Shown here: positions 17,501 to 19,985 of the stretch, piece by piece
Layout: each line of letters opens with the position of its first letter
Numbering within the stretch: the stretch's first letter is position 1
NCBI GenBank assembly: GCA_046296715.1
Contig: JBKBIN010000024.1
Location: 1-19,985 of the forward strand
Length of the DNA stretch: 19,985 nt
Direction: 5' to 3'
DNA from: Candidatus Ratteibacteria bacterium
Lineage (GTDB): Bacteria; Ratteibacteria; UBA8468; B48-G9; JAFGKM01
Made by a program: the position numbers and the translations under genes
Notes under the pieces: generated by a model
Told to the model about the DNA's origin: nothing
The model's database searches: none
The model's input: the letters and a program-made list of their open reading frames with translations, nothing else

Positions 17501-17755
17501 AACTCAAAAGAAGGAATTAAAAAACTTGTTAAAACAATATGCGAAAACTTCACCTTGCCATATTTTACAATAACTCCAACTTTCAGTATTTGTCCTAAGG
17601 ATGGTTATTTAAATGGAGAAGTTTATAATTGTCCAAAATGTGGAAGTTCTACTGAAATTTATTCAAGAATTGTTGGTTATCTAAGACCTGTGAGTCAGTG
17701 GAATAAAGGTAAATTTGAAGAATTTAAAATTAGGAAAACATTTAAGTTTCAATGA
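14516..17755 (+). CDS. nrdD: Anaerobic (class III) ribonucleoside-triphosphate reductase with N-terminal ATP cone, intein-containing
   Basis: ATP cone VKRDGRIVDFD; motifs GDFHIHDL, YCVGW, GEAAGAQAF|SNFD, FTFPIPT, RSMCCRL, EATPAEG; glycyl radical loop YSRIVGYLRPV (G1054). SD AGGAGG at 14505-14510. Predicted 696 aa after splicing. Confidence 0.97.
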   Translation: MFKKIVKRDGRIVDFDSFKITNAIFKAGQATGEFGIDIAKKLTIKVLDLATEIIKDKIPSVEEIQDIVEEVLLNSPYKKTAKAYIIYREQHARIREISTKASLDLVDQYLNQIDWRVKENSNMSFSLQGLNNYVSSEISKTYWLNSIYPPEIRKAYIEGDFHIHDLGSLSVYCVGWDLQDLLLTGFKGSEGKVESSPAKHFGSALGQIVNFFYTLQGEAAGAQAFSFDGQTPITIERNGVIESVTMEMLFNDYKHHAISVNGSEVIIGNTLYRRYSIDDADKRKYLDTRLPTEPILFQYDKIKVLTEEGFIPLCAISRHRITTKDDELLIIETEDGNILRVTRSHPMLLSNGKEKRADKLEIGDELLSFKSEIPLKEEIELEENFAYLIGFMIAEGCWGHQTKEYALISQSKNSEERRKIKDIIEKLNIPFYEQGEFNIVFGTTRMGRVIRNHLKLQEGSHRKNLPDFIFRLSKKSIGALISGLIDGDGDIDKNRVVRLHSTSYTLVMQLKQILNFIGINSTVRCTSYKNMKPHYKDSYVIKFRIEEEMLPLFKQSLKIKNFLPKVKESPCFSTKVVKVVEAKYTDEYVYDITTPNQHFLVNNIVMHNSNFDTLLAPFVRYDGLSYKDVKQAIQECLFNLNVPTRTGFQTPFTNLTFDLKVPDIYKDQPVIVGGKIHNITYSEFQKEMDMINKAFFEVMLEGDAKGRVFTFPIPTYNITKDFDWKNDILDNLWEMTGKYGIPYFSNFINSDMKPDDVRSMCCRLRLQTSELKKRGGGLFGANPLTGSIGVVTINLPRIGYLSKSKEEFKSRLNDLMELAKESLEIKRKVIEKFTEQGLYPYSKFYLRNVKKRFGKYWVNHFSTIGIVGMNEACLNLFGKDIGSDEGIDFAIEILEFMREKLIKFQETTGNNYNLEATPAEGTSYRLARIDKNKYPDIIVANEAEYKKGAEPFYTNSTHLPVNYTDDIFELLEKQDKLQSLYTGGTVVHIFVGERINSKEGIKKLVKTICENFTLPYFTITPTFSICPKDGYLNGEVYNCPKCGSSTEIYSRIVGYLRPVSQWNKGKFEEFKIRKTFKFQ
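15191..16339 (+). mobile_element. Intein (383 aa) with dual-motif LAGLIDADG homing endonuclease in nrdD
   Basis: Block A SFDGQTPITI, block B LRVTRSHPML, block C AYLIGFMIAEG, block E ALISGLIDGDG, blocks F/G YVYDITTPNQHFLVNNIVMHN, followed by +1 Ser. Excision restores AGAQAFSNFDTLLAPF. Confidence 0.95.
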
Positions 17756-18441
17756 GAATAGGGGCGCTTCAAAAAACATCTTTAATTGAATTTCCTGGGA
17801 TTATTTCGTGTATTGTTTTTACTCAAGGTTGTAATTTTAGATGTCATTATTGTCATAATCCTGAACTTGTGTTACCTGAAAAATTTCAGAATGTAATACC
17901 TGAAGAATTTTTTTTCTCTTTTCTTGAAAAAAGAAAAAAGTATCTTGAAGGTGTTTGTATAACAGGTGGAGAGCCAACGATTCAAAAAGATATAATAGAA
18001 TTTATTAGAAAAATTAAGGATAAGGGTTTTAAAGTTAAGATTGATACAAATGGTTCTGAACCAGAAATTATTGAACGACTTTTGAAAGAAGAACTTATTG
18101 ATTATTTCTCAATGGACTTGAAAGGACCTATTGAAAAATATAAAATAATTACAGGAGTTGAAGTTGAATCAGATAAAATATTAAGATCTATAGAGATAAT
18201 AAAAAACGCAAAAATAGATTATGAAATAAGGACCACCGTGGTTAAAAGTCAAATATCATTTGAGGATTTTGAAAAGATTGGTAAAATTATTGAGGGCTGT
18301 AAAAAATATTTTATACAGAGATTTGTACCCTCTAAACATGTAAATGAAGATTTTATAAGAGAAAAAACATATACTGATGAAGAATTTGAAGAGATTAAAA
18401 AGATAATGAAAAAATATGTATCTTTATGTGAAGTGAGATAG
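17752..18441 (+). CDS. nrdG: Anaerobic ribonucleoside-triphosphate reductase activating protein (radical SAM)
   Basis: FTQGCNFRCHYCHNPEL (CxxxCxxC), ITGGEPT, KIDTNGS, MDLK, YEIRTT; ATGA overlap with nrdD. Confidence 0.95.
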   Translation: MRIGALQKTSLIEFPGIISCIVFTQGCNFRCHYCHNPELVLPEKFQNVIPEEFFFSFLEKRKKYLEGVCITGGEPTIQKDIIEFIRKIKDKGFKVKIDTNGSEPEIIERLLKEELIDYFSMDLKGPIEKYKIITGVEVESDKILRSIEIIKNAKIDYEIRTTVVKSQISFEDFEKIGKIIEGCKKYFIQRFVPSKHVNEDFIREKTYTDEEFEEIKKIMKKYVSLCEVR

Positions 18442-18444
18442 TAT

Positions 18445-19626
18445 ATGAAAATCGCACATGTTATAACACGACTTATTGTTGGAGGAGCACAGGAAAATAC
18501 AATTTTTACAGTAGAGGGTTTGATAAAAAAAGGGCATAAAGTTGATTTAATAACTGGGCTTACAAAGGGTCCCGAAGGTTCACTTGAAGATGAAGTTATA
18601 AAAAAAAATATCCCTCTTATAGTAATCAAAGAACTTGTAAGAGAAATAAATCCTTTTTATGATGTAATTGCTTTTATTAAACTTTTTTTTATTTTTAAAA
18701 AAAACAGATATGATATAGTTCACACACATAGTGCAAAAGCAGGAATACTTGGAAGAATTTCTGCAAAACTTGCCAATCCTAAATCAATAGTAATTCATAC
18801 CATTCATGGATTGCCATTTCATCCTTATCAAAATAAAATTTTAAATTATTTTTACATTTTTGCTGAAAAGATTTCTTATTTTTTTACTGACCATTTTATT
18901 TGTGTAGGAAAAGTTATGAAAGAAAAATCACTTAAGGCAGGGATAGGTAAAGAGAATGATTATACTGTTATTTATAGTGGATTTAAAATTGAACCATATA
19001 TTGAATCTGCCAAAAAAAGAGATGCTTTAAGAAAAAAATATGGAATAAGTGAAAATGAGAAGGTTATAGGCATGATTGGAAGATTATTTTACTTGAAAGG
19101 ACAAAATTATTTAATAGAAGCATTTAAAGAGATTTCTGAAAAATTTCCAGAGGCAAAACTTATGTTTGTTGGAGATGGAATTTTAAGACAACAACTTCAA
19201 GATTATGCTAAAAAAAACAATATTGAAAAAAAAGTAATATTTACAGGACTTGTACCACCAGAAAAAATTCCTGAATTTGTTACCATTATGGATATAGTTG
19301 TTCACACAAGTTTAAGAGAAGGTTTACCAAGAGCAGTTGCGCAAGGACTTGCAGGAGGAAAACCAGTTGTTGCTTTTGATATTGATGGAACAAAGGAAAT
19401 AGTAATAAATGGAAAAACAGGTTTTATTGTTCCTCCAGAAGATGTAGAATTGTTAAAAGAAAGAATTATCTATCTTCTTGAAAATTTTGAAATTTCTGAT
19501 AAAATGGGAAAAGAAGGACAGGAATTGATAAAGAAATTGTTTCCTGTTGAAAAAATGGTTGACGAGATTGAAAAACTTTACATAGAATTAAATAATGGGA
19601 AAAGAGAAAGATTATATTGTAGTTGA
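18445..19626 (+). CDS. Glycosyltransferase family 4
   Basis: HVITRLIVGGAQ, DIVHTHSAKAGILGR, HTIHG, IGRL...KG, SLREGLPRA, PVVAFDIDGTKEIV..GKTG. Confidence 0.93.
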   Translation: MKIAHVITRLIVGGAQENTIFTVEGLIKKGHKVDLITGLTKGPEGSLEDEVIKKNIPLIVIKELVREINPFYDVIAFIKLFFIFKKNRYDIVHTHSAKAGILGRISAKLANPKSIVIHTIHGLPFHPYQNKILNYFYIFAEKISYFFTDHFICVGKVMKEKSLKAGIGKENDYTVIYSGFKIEPYIESAKKRDALRKKYGISENEKVIGMIGRLFYLKGQNYLIEAFKEISEKFPEAKLMFVGDGILRQQLQDYAKKNNIEKKVIFTGLVPPEKIPEFVTIMDIVVHTSLREGLPRAVAQGLAGGKPVVAFDIDGTKEIVINGKTGFIVPPEDVELLKERIIYLLENFEISDKMGKEGQELIKKLFPVEKMVDEIEKLYIELNNGKRERLYCS

Positions 19627-19985
19627 AGCAAGTTATAGAAGTTTAGAATTAATTTCAAATTTTATTCAAAAAAAAAGTTCATTGTTGAAATTAGGTTTTA
19701 AAAAAACATGGGAATTGATGTTATCTGTTGATGAAATATGTAGTTCAATAATAACCTGTAAAAACAAAGAATCCAATATTATTAAAGTCACATGGGAAAA
19801 TGTAGACAATTTTATCAAAATAGAAATAATAGATGATGGATGCCCTTTTAATCCATTAAATGTAAAAGAATCAGATTATGGGCTTGGAATTCAAATAATA
19901 AAGGAGATGGTTGATTATTTTGAATATAAGAGAGAAAATAATTGTAATATTGTAATTTTGAAAAAATATAGGACTAAAAAGAAAA
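19595..19985 (+). CDS. RsbW/SpoIIAB-like anti-sigma factor (HATPase_c fold), runs off the window end; not in ORF track
   Basis: Manual translation from ATG 19595: MGKEKDYIVVEASYRSLELISNFI...ELMLSVDEICSSII...IKIEIIDDGCPFNPL...DYGLGIQIIKEMVDYFEYKRENNCNIVILKK, with no stop before the window edge. G1 and G2 boxes are recognisable. Confidence 0.85.
   Translation, partial: MGKEKDYIVVEASYRSLELISNFIQKKSSLLKLGFKKTWELMLSVDEICSSIITCKNKESNIIKVTWENVDNFIKIEIIDDGCPFNPLNVKESDYGLGIQIIKEMVDYFEYKRENNCNIVILKKYRTKKK

Noticed and set aside
13651..18629. Minus-strand ORFs 13651-13884, 14434-14685, 15080-15283, 15406-15681, 17235-17507, 18249-18629
   Set aside because: Antisense shadows of the FmdB gene, nrdR, nrdD, nrdG and GT4; no independent evidence.
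19668..19676. A9 homopolymer as a frameshift or phase-variation site
   Set aside because: The reading frame is intact through it (CAA AAA AAA AGT), and long A runs are common throughout this AT-rich window.
1..19985. CRISPR arrays, tRNA/rRNA, riboswitches, IS elements, strong intrinsic terminators
   Set aside because: Intergenic space is minimal (largest gap about 130 nt, explained by the promoter and NrdR boxes). No repeat-spacer pattern, GC-rich stems or transposase motifs were seen by eye.

Overview
This is a very AT-rich bacterial chromosomal segment with every credible gene on the + strand. It most likely comes from a diderm anaerobe (GspC-like, GT9 and class III RNR genes). Block 1 (<1-13589) is a tightly coupled run of envelope/secreted-protein genes: a truncated FG-GAP/FN3 protein and a 1091-aa multidomain S8 protease that share a conserved C-terminal GGG-CFI-box tail, then a lone GspC-like PDZ protein, a TPR protein, a DUF5060/GH5-like glycosidase, an exported protein with a degenerate SGNH-like domain, a GT9, an alpha/beta hydrolase and a frameshifted flavin reductase. 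Block 2 is an FmdB zinc-ribbon gene with its own sigma70 promoter. Block 3 is an nrdR-nrdD-nrdG operon with a promoter and two NrdR boxes. NrdD carries a 383-aa Ser-initiated LAGLIDADG intein. It is followed by a GT4 and an RsbW-like gene missing from the ORF track that lacks the N-box Asn. The best candidate for an undescribed system is the pair of CFI-box-tailed cargo proteins coupled to GspC/TPR. No RNA genes, IS elements or CRISPR arrays were seen. All family calls come from motif recognition by eye, not from database searches.
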